64,000 nt of DNA from a virus. Lineage: Duplodnaviria > Heunggongvirae > Uroviricota > Caudoviricetes. Shown piece after piece: positions 36,434-45,894 of this stretch. How positions within the stretch are numbered: position 1 is the stretch's first letter; every line of letters starts with the position of its first letter. Both the position numbers and the translations under genes were made by a program. The notes beneath the pieces are model-generated. The model had not been told where the DNA came from and searched no databases. It saw only the letters and a program-made list of their open reading frames with translations. Location: the IMG/VR virus record IMGVR_UViG_3300035698_032497; one strand, written 5' to 3'.

Positions 36434-36462
36434 TTGCCACTCCTGGTGGAAGGTGTTATGTT
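36434..36462 (+). promoter_or_regulatory. class-A promoter TTGCCA-17-(TG)TTATGTT
   Basis: TTGCCACTCCTGGTGGAAGGTGTTATGTT. Confidence 0.6.
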
Positions 36463-36490
36463 TACCGGAACACCTGGACAGGAGTGAATC

Positions 36491-37090
36491 ATGAGCGAAG
36501 GAAACTTCACGCCAGATCAGATCGAGCATGCCGCCGTCACCCTCCGTGACGCCGTGCGCGCCGAGCTCGCCACGCACCCTTCGGGTAGGAGCCGACGCAC
36601 CATGGTCTCCTGGCGCTCGACCGTCGCCGAGGCGCTCGGCCGCAAGAAGCTTCTGTCGAGCTACTTCAAGCTGGTGGTCGACAAGGCGGTCGACATGGAG
36701 ATCTTGTCGATCGAGGCTCGCAACGGTCGTGACTACTTCGTTGTCACCGATTCCGTGGACCCGAAGCATGAGCCGAAGCAGGAACAGGAGCGGCTCGTGG
36801 ATGGCCCAGAAGACGCTATCGATCCTCCTGTGTCCATGACTGGATCTCCAGGCCCTCCCGGGGCCTGCAACCCCGATCCGCACACCTACTGCTACTGCTC
36901 CATCTGCGGCTCTCACTCTGGCAGCAAGGACCCGAACGATCTGTACTTCGACAGCAACGGGGTCCTGTGCTGTAACGCCTGCAACGACATGATCCCTCCC
37001 GACTTGAGGGACGGAAAGCCTGCTCTGTACACCCCGAAGCCCCTGCCGCGGCGAGACGAAGTCCAGAGCCACCACCCCGGTGAGGAGTAG
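36491..37090 (+). CDS. hypothetical protein with C-terminal Cys-rich zinc ribbon
   Basis: CYCSICGSH…CCNACND. Confidence 0.5.
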   Translation: MSEGNFTPDQIEHAAVTLRDAVRAELATHPSGRSRRTMVSWRSTVAEALGRKKLLSSYFKLVVDKAVDMEILSIEARNGRDYFVVTDSVDPKHEPKQEQERLVDGPEDAIDPPVSMTGSPGPPGACNPDPHTYCYCSICGSHSGSKDPNDLYFDSNGVLCCNACNDMIPPDLRDGKPALYTPKPLPRRDEVQSHHPGEE

Positions 37091-37092
37091 TC

Positions 37093-37308
37093 ATGCCCAT
37101 CGTTCGCACCAAGGCAGAGCTCCTCGAAGCGCTGAAGGGCGTGCCGGATGATGCGGAGCTCGCTGTTCATGGTAGCTGGTCGGACTATTTCACGCCGGAG
37201 CTGACGGTCCGTCAGGGGCGTGGCGGAAAAACGGTCCTCGTGACCTTGAGCACCGTGGGCGGCGAATCGCACTACGACATCGACTACTACCCAGAGAAGA
37301 AGGTTTAG
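37093..37308 (+). CDS. hypothetical protein
   Basis: 71 aa, balanced composition. Confidence 0.45.
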   Translation: MPIVRTKAELLEALKGVPDDAELAVHGSWSDYFTPELTVRQGRGGKTVLVTLSTVGGESHYDIDYYPEKKV

Positions 37309-37722
37309 ATGCCCAGTCGCTCGACACACAGAGTCCCTACTGTCTCCATGGACTTGTACGATGCCGTTCGCCACGTCGGAGGCATGATGGACACCGAGGC
37401 GCTGTGCCGGGTCAAGGATATCGACCAGCGGACGGCCATCTCGAAGGCCGTCAGTCGCCGTCTCGAGCTCCTGCAGCGCCAGGGAGTCGTCTTCTGCGTC
37501 AGCTACCCGAACCCCAACGGAGACGGGCCTGGTGACGCTCATGCGGACAAGGTCAAGGCCATCCTGCGGGTTCGTCAGCTGACGGGCTGGGGCTTGCGCG
37601 AGGCCAATGGCTTCGTGCTCGGCAAAGAGAGTGTCTCTCCGGACAGAAGCGTTCTGGACCGTCTATCGAGAGAGGGCTGGGACATCCGCACGGTTTCAGC
37701 GATCGATGAACAGAGAGGATAA
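37309..37722 (+). CDS. protein with ribosomal L7/L12 C-terminal-like segment
   Basis: KVKAILRVRQLTGWGLREANGFV resembles the L12 CTD K[IV]xVIKxVRxxTGLGLKEAKDLV. Confidence 0.4.
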   Translation: MPSRSTHRVPTVSMDLYDAVRHVGGMMDTEALCRVKDIDQRTAISKAVSRRLELLQRQGVVFCVSYPNPNGDGPGDAHADKVKAILRVRQLTGWGLREANGFVLGKESVSPDRSVLDRLSREGWDIRTVSAIDEQRG

Positions 37723-37727
37723 ACACC

Positions 37728-38180
37728 ATGGACACCCTGACCCGTACCAGAATCGAATGCATGAGCCTCGAGGGGATCGTCGATCATCACGAGGCGCAGC
37801 TTCGGGACGATCCGCGTATCTTGACACCTTCGGAGAGAGAGACAGCCAGGCAGAGCCCGTCTCTGGACAGGCTCGTGGAGCAGGACAGGAAGGTCCTCGA
37901 GGACACCTTCTGGCAGCTGGGGAGTGACATCTGCACCAAGGCCTCGACGGAGTCCGGTGTTCATCGCATCCTGGCCATGGGTGCCACTGTCGAAGACGCT
38001 ATCGCCGATCTCTGCAAGCGCAAGGGGTGGGACGGCCCGGTCGAGCTGCGTGGTGAGCTCACGGGCGGTGATCCCGACGAGTACGACTGGGGCTACAGAT
38101 TCCTCTCGGACGGCACCTCGATGAAGTGCGCCGGGAAGAGCATCCCCGGTGGAGGCTTTGTCATCACCTGGTGGAAGTAG
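37728..38180 (+). CDS. hypothetical protein
   Basis: 150 aa. Confidence 0.5.
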   Translation: MDTLTRTRIECMSLEGIVDHHEAQLRDDPRILTPSERETARQSPSLDRLVEQDRKVLEDTFWQLGSDICTKASTESGVHRILAMGATVEDAIADLCKRKGWDGPVELRGELTGGDPDEYDWGYRFLSDGTSMKCAGKSIPGGGFVITWWK

Positions 38181-38196
38181 CGTCGCCGCCTCCGGC

Positions 38197-38234
38197 TTGA
38201 CCTTCACCCTTCATCGTGCTACTCATGGTAGCAC
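38197..38234 (+). promoter_or_regulatory. class-B promoter TTGACC-17-TACTCA with hairpin GTGCTAC-TCATG-GTAGCAC
   Basis: Lies upstream of ATG 38252. Confidence 0.5.
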
Positions 38235-38251
38235 ACGTCGAGGAGAACATC

Positions 38252-39304
38252 ATGCAGAACGACTCTCTGGCCTTGGCCGATCAGGCTCCTCCTGCCCTCA
38301 TCCCCGGTGACCAGGTTCCCGGTGAAGGCCAGGTTCATGACTCGAGCGAAGGGATCGAGACACAGGCCGCGCACATTCTGGCCAAGAGCACCCAGGACAT
38401 CCTGCTGCTGCTGGCCGGTGGCATGACCGCCGAGAACGCTCCCCAGGTGTTGATGAAGATCCAGGCCTTGGCCCAGACACAGCGGCAGCTGCTGCCGTAC
38501 TTCGGTGGATTCGTGCACCCAGAGCAGGATCCCAAGCGACGTCAGCAGCAGCTGAACACGTCGATGGGGGTCAAGAAGCGCTCGAGGGGTGGTAGCGCGG
38601 AGTCGCACGCAGCTCGCTCCGTCCAGGAGCTGATGGCCATGGCGGGTCGGCTGCAGGCTGCCTGGACGTTGCCCCAGACCATCCGGGCGGTCGGCGAAGC
38701 GAAGAGCGCTGGTATGCCCGACGTGGCCGAGCGGCTCGAGAAGCAGGTTCGGGACCAGATGGGCGTCGCGGGTCCCGGTATCGGGATCAGCAAGGATGAC
38801 CAGGACAAGGTCGTCGAGCTGTTGACCGACCATGTCGATCGGCGCTATGGCGGCCACGGCGGCTACAGCGCAGGTGGGATCAGTGTCTCCTCGAGCGGCT
38901 ACGCGGTCAGTGGGACCGCCTCGATGGACCATGGTGAGCCCAACAGTGGCTTGACTCTCGAGATGCCAGGGTCGGGTGGCGCCTTCATCGATCCGATGGA
39001 CATGGGCGACGAAGACGACGTGGGCATGGAAGACCCGGGGCCGTACGGTTCGATGCTGTCCGATCTCGCCGAGGAGGGCATGGCCATCGGAGCCGCGATG
39101 TCCTCGGATTCAGGCTATGCGTCGGCCGCTATGCCGAACCCTGGCCTGCCCATCACGCCTCTGTTCGGAGATATCGTCGGCGGCAACGGCCAGGTCTACA
39201 GCGACATCGAACAGCTCCCTCCGTACGTCATCGGCTTCGAGGCCGATGGTGCGACGCTGGCGAACAGCGGGAGCCCCAACGTCACCCCTGACGGGGCCTG
39301 GTAG
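38252..39304 (+). CDS. hypothetical protein
   Basis: GAGGAG RBS. Confidence 0.5.
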   Translation: MQNDSLALADQAPPALIPGDQVPGEGQVHDSSEGIETQAAHILAKSTQDILLLLAGGMTAENAPQVLMKIQALAQTQRQLLPYFGGFVHPEQDPKRRQQQLNTSMGVKKRSRGGSAESHAARSVQELMAMAGRLQAAWTLPQTIRAVGEAKSAGMPDVAERLEKQVRDQMGVAGPGIGISKDDQDKVVELLTDHVDRRYGGHGGYSAGGISVSSSGYAVSGTASMDHGEPNSGLTLEMPGSGGAFIDPMDMGDEDDVGMEDPGPYGSMLSDLAEEGMAIGAAMSSDSGYASAAMPNPGLPITPLFGDIVGGNGQVYSDIEQLPPYVIGFEADGATLANSGSPNVTPDGAW

Positions 39305-39310
39305 GTCGTC

Positions 39311-40246
39311 ATGCGCTGGTACCTGGCCACCAACTCCGGCGACTTTCGTCTCCTCTCGTCAGAAGGGGACGACGGGAAGCTGTTGACGGATCGCTGCCAA
39401 CTGCTGGTGGAGGACCCCACTCCGCGAGAGCAGGACGTGCTGCAGGCCTTCATCGTCGAGCAGCGCGGGCTGGGTCATGTCGGCCCAGAGGCGGCCTTCT
39501 CTGTCGTCGGCGAGAGCCGCATCGAGCTTGGCTGCTCGGTGGCCGTGGCCGGTCGTCAGCTTGCTCGTGACCTCAACCCTCCCAGGGGCAACCTCACAGC
39601 TGTGCGCAGCAAGTCGGGCACCATGCTGGCCGTGGTGGACGCAGCGAGCATGGACGAGGTCATCACCGCCATCGACGAGAAGGAACGCGCCGAGCGCGAG
39701 GCCGAGGAGGCCAAGGAGGCCAAGCAGGCAGAGGGCCGTCAGATTGCTCGCAGGGAGGCTGCTGTGGTATCGGCCAGGCGCCCAACCCTGTGCTGCCCCA
39801 ATCCTCGTGAGCGGGCTCTGGTGCGCTCCTCGCAGGTGCTGCGAGAGTTCTGCACACCTCGTCAGTGGTCGGACTGGTGCCGGTACGGCTGGCTGATCTG
39901 TCGTGGCGGATCGACGGGGGAGCCCTACCGGGTCCATCATCGCCACCACCCCTTCGCTATCGATGCCGGCTACGTCACCTGGAACTTGACCTGGAACCAT
40001 GCTGTGCACTGCTACGATTGGGGCTATCAGCCTGCCGAAGAGGTGATGGCCATCAAGCTGTTCCTCGAAAACGCCGAGGCATGGATCCGCAACCCGTCCG
40101 GATGGTTCGGTCCCGGTCACCGCTTTCCTCATCCGCTGGGCTATGGCTGCTCGGACGGCACCTGGGACACCGGCTTCATGAGCAACCTCGGTGGTCAGAT
40201 AAGGGGCATCGGGGACGCCTTGGTCGGCGCGCTGGAGGGATCGTGA
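39311..40246 (+). CDS. hypothetical protein (Trp/Cys-rich C-terminal domain)
   Basis: 311 aa. Confidence 0.55.
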   Translation: MRWYLATNSGDFRLLSSEGDDGKLLTDRCQLLVEDPTPREQDVLQAFIVEQRGLGHVGPEAAFSVVGESRIELGCSVAVAGRQLARDLNPPRGNLTAVRSKSGTMLAVVDAASMDEVITAIDEKERAEREAEEAKEAKQAEGRQIARREAAVVSARRPTLCCPNPRERALVRSSQVLREFCTPRQWSDWCRYGWLICRGGSTGEPYRVHHRHHPFAIDAGYVTWNLTWNHAVHCYDWGYQPAEEVMAIKLFLENAEAWIRNPSGWFGPGHRFPHPLGYGCSDGTWDTGFMSNLGGQIRGIGDALVGALEGS

Positions 40247-40725
40247 GGATCCGTCTTCATGGGGTCTCGAACGTTCCGCTCGGGTTTTCCATTGACCTCG
40301 AGCCCGAGGAGTGGCTGTTCGGTCTGGGATCGATCATCGCCGGCTCCGTCACCGCCGTCACCATCGCCGGAGGCCTCGAGAATGGGTGGCAGGCGGTCTC
40401 GGTTTGGGGGATGACGGCGTCGCTGGTGACGCTGGGTGGCATGATGGGTGTGCGTATGCTGCGGTCGTGGCGTAGAAAGCCGCAGGCTCCGGTCAAGGGG
40501 GACTGCTGGTGGGTGCACGGCTGGGGCTCGGTGGAGATCGAGTCCGTCACCGCTTCGCACGTCCATCTTCGTATCGAGGGTGAGGACGAGGTGATGTTGA
40601 TGACCTTGGCGACCTTCGGGCGTCGTGCGACCTCGAGCCAGACCATCGAGCGGCTGCAGGAGCGCGAGGTCATCGCGCTGCCCGATCATCATGTCGGCCT
40701 GTTGACCGATACCGAAGCCCGGTAG
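40243..40725 (+). CDS. membrane protein (GTG start)
   Basis: GGAGGG RBS; overlaps the upstream stop; 2 TM helices. Confidence 0.45.
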   Translation: MRIRLHGVSNVPLGFSIDLEPEEWLFGLGSIIAGSVTAVTIAGGLENGWQAVSVWGMTASLVTLGGMMGVRMLRSWRRKPQAPVKGDCWWVHGWGSVEIESVTASHVHLRIEGEDEVMLMTLATFGRRATSSQTIERLQEREVIALPDHHVGLLTDTEAR

Positions 40726-40736
40726 TCGGGCCCGGG

Positions 40737-41657
40737 ATGGAGATCGAAGTCCTCCCTTGTGCGACGCCCTGGCTGGTAGACAGCCAGAAGTACCGGCTGT
40801 TTGTGAGCTTGAGCCGTCCCACCTTGCGCGACCTGTTGCAGCTGGGGACCGGCAGAGAGCGTGGCTACGCGTTCACGTTGTTCAGGCGTGGCCGTCAGTG
40901 GCACACGGGGAATGAGTGGAACTACCCTCCACGCCATGTCGCAGCCCTTCGGGTGGTTCCCGACATCCTGCGGAGGCTGCTGGTCGACGACATCGAGTGC
41001 TCTGGAATGTTTCCGAGGCTCGAGTCCCTGCTGTCTCACGAGGTCTTCAGGCGTGAGGAGGGAGCGTTCGGCAAGCCGTGCATGGTCCATGTCGATCTGA
41101 CGCGGCTCGAGATGCAGGGGGTCCTGACGCGGCGACGTTGGCAGAGGCTGACCGACTACGTTGTTCAGCTCATTATGGCCAGGAGCCTGCTGTCTGGGAG
41201 GCCGATAGACAGATCCGAGACCGCGATCAACAAGCCCCGTTTCGCCAAGAAAAACTACGGACACAAGTACGGTGAGAAGCACCGATCTTGCCGTAGCCCC
41301 AACGCGGATCAGATCGCGCGAGCCATCGAGCGTGAGGCTACCACGCCCTACCGAAAGAGCTCGAGGAACGGCTGGCGACTGTACAGCGCCAGGTGGCTGG
41401 GGCCCACCAAGGGCTCAGCCTTCTACATCTTTCCGGATCTGTGGGTGGCTTCGATCTTCATGGCCCGTGGTAGCTATTGGCCGTATCCTTTGCCCGATGA
41501 TCACGCTGAGCGCTTCGAGCTCGAGGATCCACTCCGTGATCGTGTCTTCATGGATCCATCGTTCACCGGGCTGTGGAGACGGAGCATCGACGAAGACCCT
41601 GCGATGACCGCTGGAGAGCGAGGAGACGATGTCGTCGACCTCGACCGTGACGAGTGA
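40737..41657 (+). CDS. hypothetical protein
   Basis: 306 aa. Confidence 0.5.
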   Translation: MEIEVLPCATPWLVDSQKYRLFVSLSRPTLRDLLQLGTGRERGYAFTLFRRGRQWHTGNEWNYPPRHVAALRVVPDILRRLLVDDIECSGMFPRLESLLSHEVFRREEGAFGKPCMVHVDLTRLEMQGVLTRRRWQRLTDYVVQLIMARSLLSGRPIDRSETAINKPRFAKKNYGHKYGEKHRSCRSPNADQIARAIEREATTPYRKSSRNGWRLYSARWLGPTKGSAFYIFPDLWVASIFMARGSYWPYPLPDDHAERFELEDPLRDRVFMDPSFTGLWRRSIDEDPAMTAGERGDDVVDLDRDE

Positions 41658-41669
41658 CCGTGCTACCAG
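41641..41669 (+). promoter_or_regulatory. class-B-like promoter TCGACC-17-TACCAG
   Basis: Followed by CAGTAGTGGAG, a degenerate hairpin. Confidence 0.35.
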
Positions 41670-41707
41670 TAGTGGAGTGAGCGGCTCCGGAGAAAGGAGA
41701 GAGATCG

Positions 41708-42184
41708 ATGGATGAATGTACACGTCGTGGCCTGCGCCCCGGGATGGACAAGCTGATGGATCACATCGGGATGATGGATGCGGACCCGTCCCTTCGGCGA
41801 CCGGATCTAGTGGACGGGATGGTCCTGACCATTATCGAGAGTCCCTTCGCCGGGACCAGCAAGGACCCGGACATCAAGGTGGTTCAGCAGGAGCTCAATG
41901 AGCGTTACCTGCTCGCGGCCATCGCAGACAGCCTATCGAGAGGCGAGGCTCCGTTCGCCAGCCACGGTTTCTACACCAGGGTCCTGGACGACGACGATCC
42001 CGTGCAGCGGCGCCAGGGCATGGAGGCCGGCTTCGCCTGGGGTCGGATGGCGCAGCGCGTGGCTGTCTACGGTGACCTCGGCATCTCGCCGGGTATGGCC
42101 GAGGGCATCGAGCGCGCAAAGGCCGCGGGCATCCCGTGGGAGGTCCGCTACCTCGAGAGCACTTGGGCGGTGATCGCGGACTAG
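41708..42184 (+). CDS. hypothetical protein
   Basis: AAAGGAGAG RBS. Confidence 0.5.
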   Translation: MDECTRRGLRPGMDKLMDHIGMMDADPSLRRPDLVDGMVLTIIESPFAGTSKDPDIKVVQQELNERYLLAAIADSLSRGEAPFASHGFYTRVLDDDDPVQRRQGMEAGFAWGRMAQRVAVYGDLGISPGMAEGIERAKAAGIPWEVRYLESTWAVIAD

Positions 42185-42510
42185 TTGTCGTCGCCAGATT
42201 GCTGGATCATGGCATCTGTCATCATCCGGCCGCGAGCGACGCCGTGGCTCACGCTGTAGCAGAAGCTGCTGATCGCCGAGGCGGCATGTGGTCCGTCATG
42301 GGTCTCTGGCTCGAACTCGTCGAGGTCGGATCCGAAGATCGGCATTCGTAGCTTGACGATGAGGTAGCGCATGTCTTCTGGGTCGACCGTGCACTCGTAG
42401 TGCAGGCCTTCGATGAGCGCGATGTACGCATTTGGGTCTTGCAGCTGAAGTCGGGTCGCTTCCGCGGCGGCGTTGTCTGCCGCGTTGGTCAGCTCTTGGT
42501 CTGTTGCCAC
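42181..42510 (-). CDS. hypothetical protein (GTG start)
   Basis: GAGGAGG RBS. Confidence 0.5.
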   Translation of the reverse strand: MATDQELTNAADNAAAEATRLQLQDPNAYIALIEGLHYECTVDPEDMRYLIVKLRMPIFGSDLDEFEPETHDGPHAASAISSFCYSVSHGVARGRMMTDAMIQQSGDDN

Positions 42511-42511
42511 G

Positions 42512-42898
42512 TCAGGCCTCCTCTGGGGTGTTCTTCGTTGTGATCATCTTGCTCACCTGCACCGCCAGGCGCAAGGCCTCGATGACGGCCGTGGTCGCCT
42601 GCAGCTGGTCTCTGGACTCGTCGAGGTCATCGTAAAGGCCGCTCATGCCGGTGAGCCTGGAGTGCAGTACGATCTCTCCGCCCTCTGTCAGCGAGATCAT
42701 CTCGATCTCGAGCCTGCCGCCCGTGATGGCGTTCGGGTGTGTGAGGGTCAGCTGGGCTCTCTGTGTTCTTCGGACCAGCACGTCTCCAAGGTCATAGCCC
42801 TCGAGCTTCACCTGGAGGGTGTCGAAGTGGTCGACCATGGCCTGTATTCGCTGCCTGGCTAGCGCTGTCGCCTCTGCGGTGCGACTGGCCTTTGTCAC
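42512..42898 (-). CDS. hypothetical protein
   Basis: Coupled to the downstream gene. Confidence 0.5.
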   Translation of the reverse strand: MTKASRTAEATALARQRIQAMVDHFDTLQVKLEGYDLGDVLVRRTQRAQLTLTHPNAITGGRLEIEMISLTEGGEIVLHSRLTGMSGLYDDLDESRDQLQATTAVIEALRLAVQVSKMITTKNTPEEA

Positions 42899-43503
42899 TC
42901 TTCACCGTCCCGCTCGGCCCATGGAATGCGAGCTACACGCTGCTGTTCGGAGAGCCTCGCCGGGTCGATCCAGTCGTCCAGCACGTAGCTGTCGTCTCTC
43001 TCGTACTGAATCTCTCCGTCGTCCTCGAACCAGTGCCTCGTGCCGCCGTGCAGCGCCGAGGTGTAGTGTCGTCCTTCGTGGCCCATGGGGCGCTCGCAGA
43101 AGTCCCGATCGTCCTTCGGGGAGACCAGGCAGCAGCACTCTGGCGGATCTTCCGGCTTCGGTTCGGGGATAGAGAAGGACAGCGGAACAGTATCTCCGCA
43201 GCGATCGTCCCGCATGTCGGTCGGGGCGAAGCCCTTGACGATACGCTTTAGGATTCGGTGCAGATCGGTGAGGGCTTCCTCTGTCGTCTGGCCCTTGGCG
43301 AAGTCGACGGTCATGGTCGCCTTGCATCGCTCGTTCGGCTCGGCATAGTGCGGGGAGAGCTCAACATCGATGTCCACTGTGACCGTTGTCGCCGTGCCGT
43401 TGACACGGCCAGAACTGGACAGCTCGTAGGTGAGGACATTCTTCGTGTTGACGTTGGTGCCCTTCTTCGTGGGCTTTCCCATCCTGACCAGCTTGACGCT
43501 CAT
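42895..43503 (-). CDS. hypothetical protein
   Basis: GGAGAAAG RBS; ATGA overlap with the methyltransferase stop. Confidence 0.5.
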   Translation of the reverse strand: MSVKLVRMGKPTKKGTNVNTKNVLTYELSSSGRVNGTATTVTVDIDVELSPHYAEPNERCKATMTVDFAKGQTTEEALTDLHRILKRIVKGFAPTDMRDDRCGDTVPLSFSIPEPKPEDPPECCCLVSPKDDRDFCERPMGHEGRHYTSALHGGTRHWFEDDGEIQYERDDSYVLDDWIDPARLSEQQRVARIPWAERDGEE

Positions 43504-44360
43504 CGCTTTCTCCACGCGGTGTCGGCTTCGATGACCGCCCGGGCTACCAGCTCGGCCATGATGGGCGGTACGGCGTTACCAATGACATAGTAGTTCTCGC
43601 CTGATTTCTCACTGAAGACGTAGTCGTCGGGGAAGCCTTGCAGCCTGGCGAACTCTTGCCAAGACACACGCCTGGCTTCTGGGACCCTGCAGGTGTCCTT
43701 GGGTTTGCGCGGGCCAGGATCGATGCTCCAGAAGTAGAGATTCCCCTTGGTGCTCACGGTAGGGGTGGGCCTGGAGGTGGGCCTGCCTGTCGCTCCCTTG
43801 TGCTCGGAGCGGACCCAGCCCTCGCCGAGCACGGTGGAGGCTGGGATGCGGTCGATACGCGGCTGGGGCCAGACGATGGGGCAGGGGCCGCAGACGAGGA
43901 TGACGCGCTTTCTGTCCTGCGCCAGGCCCATCTCGGCGGCGTCGAGGATCATCCACTGTACCCACGCATAGCGCTTTTTGGCCTCTGCGAGGATCTCCAG
44001 CCAGTAGCCGTACTCTTTGGCCAGGGTGTCCACGTTCTCGGCCATCAGCCAGGTGTGATCGATCTCGTCGATCCTCTCCCAGCACGCGGGCCAGAGGTTT
44101 CTCGGGTCGTCCTTTCCTCTGCGCTTGCCGGCCCTCGAGTAGGGCTGGCACTCGGGTGAAGCCCAGACAGCGTCACATGCCAGGTCTCCTTCGAGCGGTG
44201 TCTTCAGGTCGTGGACGACCGCGGGGTGCCCGTTGGCCCTCGAGATGGCGACCGCGAAGTCCTTGATCTCGTAGCAGGACAGCAGCTCGAAGCCAGCGTT
44301 CTTCATGCCGACGGACGAGCCGCCTCCTCCGTCGAAGAGGACGCGTGCGGTGAGGCTCAT
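43500..44360 (-). CDS. DNA (cytosine-5)-methyltransferase
   Basis: Motif I FDGGGGSSVGM, motif IV ASPECQPYS (PCQ), motif VI MAENVDTL; start trimmed to MSLTARVLF with a GGAG RBS. Confidence 0.8.
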   Translation of the reverse strand: MSLTARVLFDGGGGSSVGMKNAGFELLSCYEIKDFAVAISRANGHPAVVHDLKTPLEGDLACDAVWASPECQPYSRAGKRRGKDDPRNLWPACWERIDEIDHTWLMAENVDTLAKEYGYWLEILAEAKKRYAWVQWMILDAAEMGLAQDRKRVILVCGPCPIVWPQPRIDRIPASTVLGEGWVRSEHKGATGRPTSRPTPTVSTKGNLYFWSIDPGPRKPKDTCRVPEARRVSWQEFARLQGFPDDYVFSEKSGENYYVIGNAVPPIMAELVARAVIEADTAWRKR

Positions 44361-44598
44361 TCTTTGCTCCAGGGTCTGTAGAATACGATCTTCGCGGCCC
44401 TGTTTCCCCATCGTTTGCCCCTGGCGATGTGGCGGCCGTCTTGCGGGCCGAGGGCTCTGGATAGGTGGATGAAGCCGATGCGCATGGACAGCTTCCTGTC
44501 GTAGAGCCTGCGTCGTTTTACGGTGACAGGGACGAAGACGGATCGTATGACCAGCCAGAGGCCCTTGGTCGTTCGTCTCCCGCGAGAGAGCGATGGTC

Positions 44599-44916
44599 TC
44601 ACCGCTGGTCACCCGTCAGGGAGCAGAGCTCGTCGATCTTGGACGAGAGCGAGTCCATGCTGGCCTCGAGCTCACGGAGCTCCTTGGAGCCCTCTCCGAG
44701 ACGCTGTAGCAGGATGGGGACAGCGAAGACAGCCTGGCTCGAGTGGCCGGTCTCGGCTTGTCGGCGGGCATCCTGTTCGGTGTAGAGACCGGCGTGCGCG
44801 GGGTCGTCGGTGTATCCGGAGTGGTTCGGTCCCCAGTAGTGACCGCGTCCTCCACGCTCGGACGGGATGACCTCGAGGAGGTGGTCTTTTCTCTCGTTTG
44901 ACGAGGCGTCTGTCAT
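44599..44916 (-). CDS. hypothetical protein
   Basis: Start trimmed to MTDASSNERK. Confidence 0.4.
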   Translation of the reverse strand: MTDASSNERKDHLLEVIPSERGGRGHYWGPNHSGYTDDPAHAGLYTEQDARRQAETGHSSQAVFAVPILLQRLGEGSKELRELEASMDSLSSKIDELCSLTGDQR

Positions 44917-45143
44917 GACTGTTCGCTGCCCTCGTCTCCCGGTGTGTTCCTCAACTCGATCTCCAGAGCGCTCAGCCGGTCGATCTCGGCGGCGCACAGG
45001 GAGCCGGCCTTCTCGAGCTCACGCTGACGGCCCAGGATGGAGCGCAGGTCGTAGGAGACACTGTGGGGGTGCAGGGGTTTGTCTCCACGCTTGTCCCAGC
45101 AGTTGTGCCAGGACTCGGGCCACATGTCCCACAGCACCTTCAC
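44913..45143 (-). CDS. Trp-rich small ORF; may be the frameshifted C-terminus of the upstream gene
   Basis: MKVLWDMWPESWHNCWDKRGDKP… looks coding but overlaps the low-complexity tail of 45019..45891. Confidence 0.3.
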   Translation of the reverse strand: MKVLWDMWPESWHNCWDKRGDKPLHPHSVSYDLRSILGRQRELEKAGSLCAAEIDRLSALEIELRNTPGDEGSEQS

Positions 45144-45891
45144 GCCGCGAACCCACCAGTGACGGAAGGCCTGGACGGGGGAAGCGTAGCAGGCCGCTCA
45201 TGCCGAGCTCGCCCTGGGTGTGCTGGGCGTCGTGCCCCGGTGTCCAGCCCTCTTCCGTCCGGTGCCGTCGTCGCTCCGAGGCGATGCGTGCGGCTCCGGT
45301 GGGGGAGCTGCCATCCACCATCTCTGCGATCTCGGAGTTGAGCGGCTCCGTGCCGTTTTCGATCCACTTGTGGGCCTGCTCCCATCCATCTTCCCAGGCA
45401 CAGGAAAAAGCGACGGAGTGCAGTGGTGGGTCGGGGACCTCGAGTCCTACCAAGAACGCCATGGCGCCTGCGATCTCCGTGTCGTGGCGCATGGACTTCA
45501 GGGCGCCTCGAAGATCGAAGAGCTCGCCTGCGATGACGATGACAGCCTCGGCGCGAGCTGCGTCCTCAGCAGACATCTGGGTGCTCTGGAGCTCGAAGAG
45601 CTTACGCGCGATGACGATGGCTGCGCCGCTGTTGTTGCCGTTGCCGAGCTCGAGCAGCATCTGGGCTATCTCGAGGCTCACGCCGCTGAAGACGGTACCA
45701 GGTCGTCCGGCTGGGAGGATGTCGTAGCTGTCGTCCTTGCGGTCGAACAGCACCCAGGGTGGAATCATGACACCCATCTTCGCCGTGGGCGGAACGTCGC
45801 GGTCGGCTTGATCGATGGCAGCTTCGGCTCGGGCTTCATCCTCTGGGGATAGCTCGATGTCTTTGGGTTCCGTACGGTCGGTGGGCGTCAT
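45019..45891 (-). CDS. hypothetical protein (3' end uncertain)
   Basis: The N-terminal ~220 aa look protein-like; the last ~60 aa are R/P/A-rich. Confidence 0.45.
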   Translation of the reverse strand: MTPTDRTEPKDIELSPEDEARAEAAIDQADRDVPPTAKMGVMIPPWVLFDRKDDSYDILPAGRPGTVFSGVSLEIAQMLLELGNGNNSGAAIVIARKLFELQSTQMSAEDAARAEAVIVIAGELFDLRGALKSMRHDTEIAGAMAFLVGLEVPDPPLHSVAFSCAWEDGWEQAHKWIENGTEPLNSEIAEMVDGSSPTGAARIASERRRHRTEEGWTPGHDAQHTQGELGMSGLLRFPRPGLPSLVGSRREGAVGHVARVLAQLLGQAWRQTPAPPQCLLRPALHPGPSA

Positions 45892-45894
45892 GGG

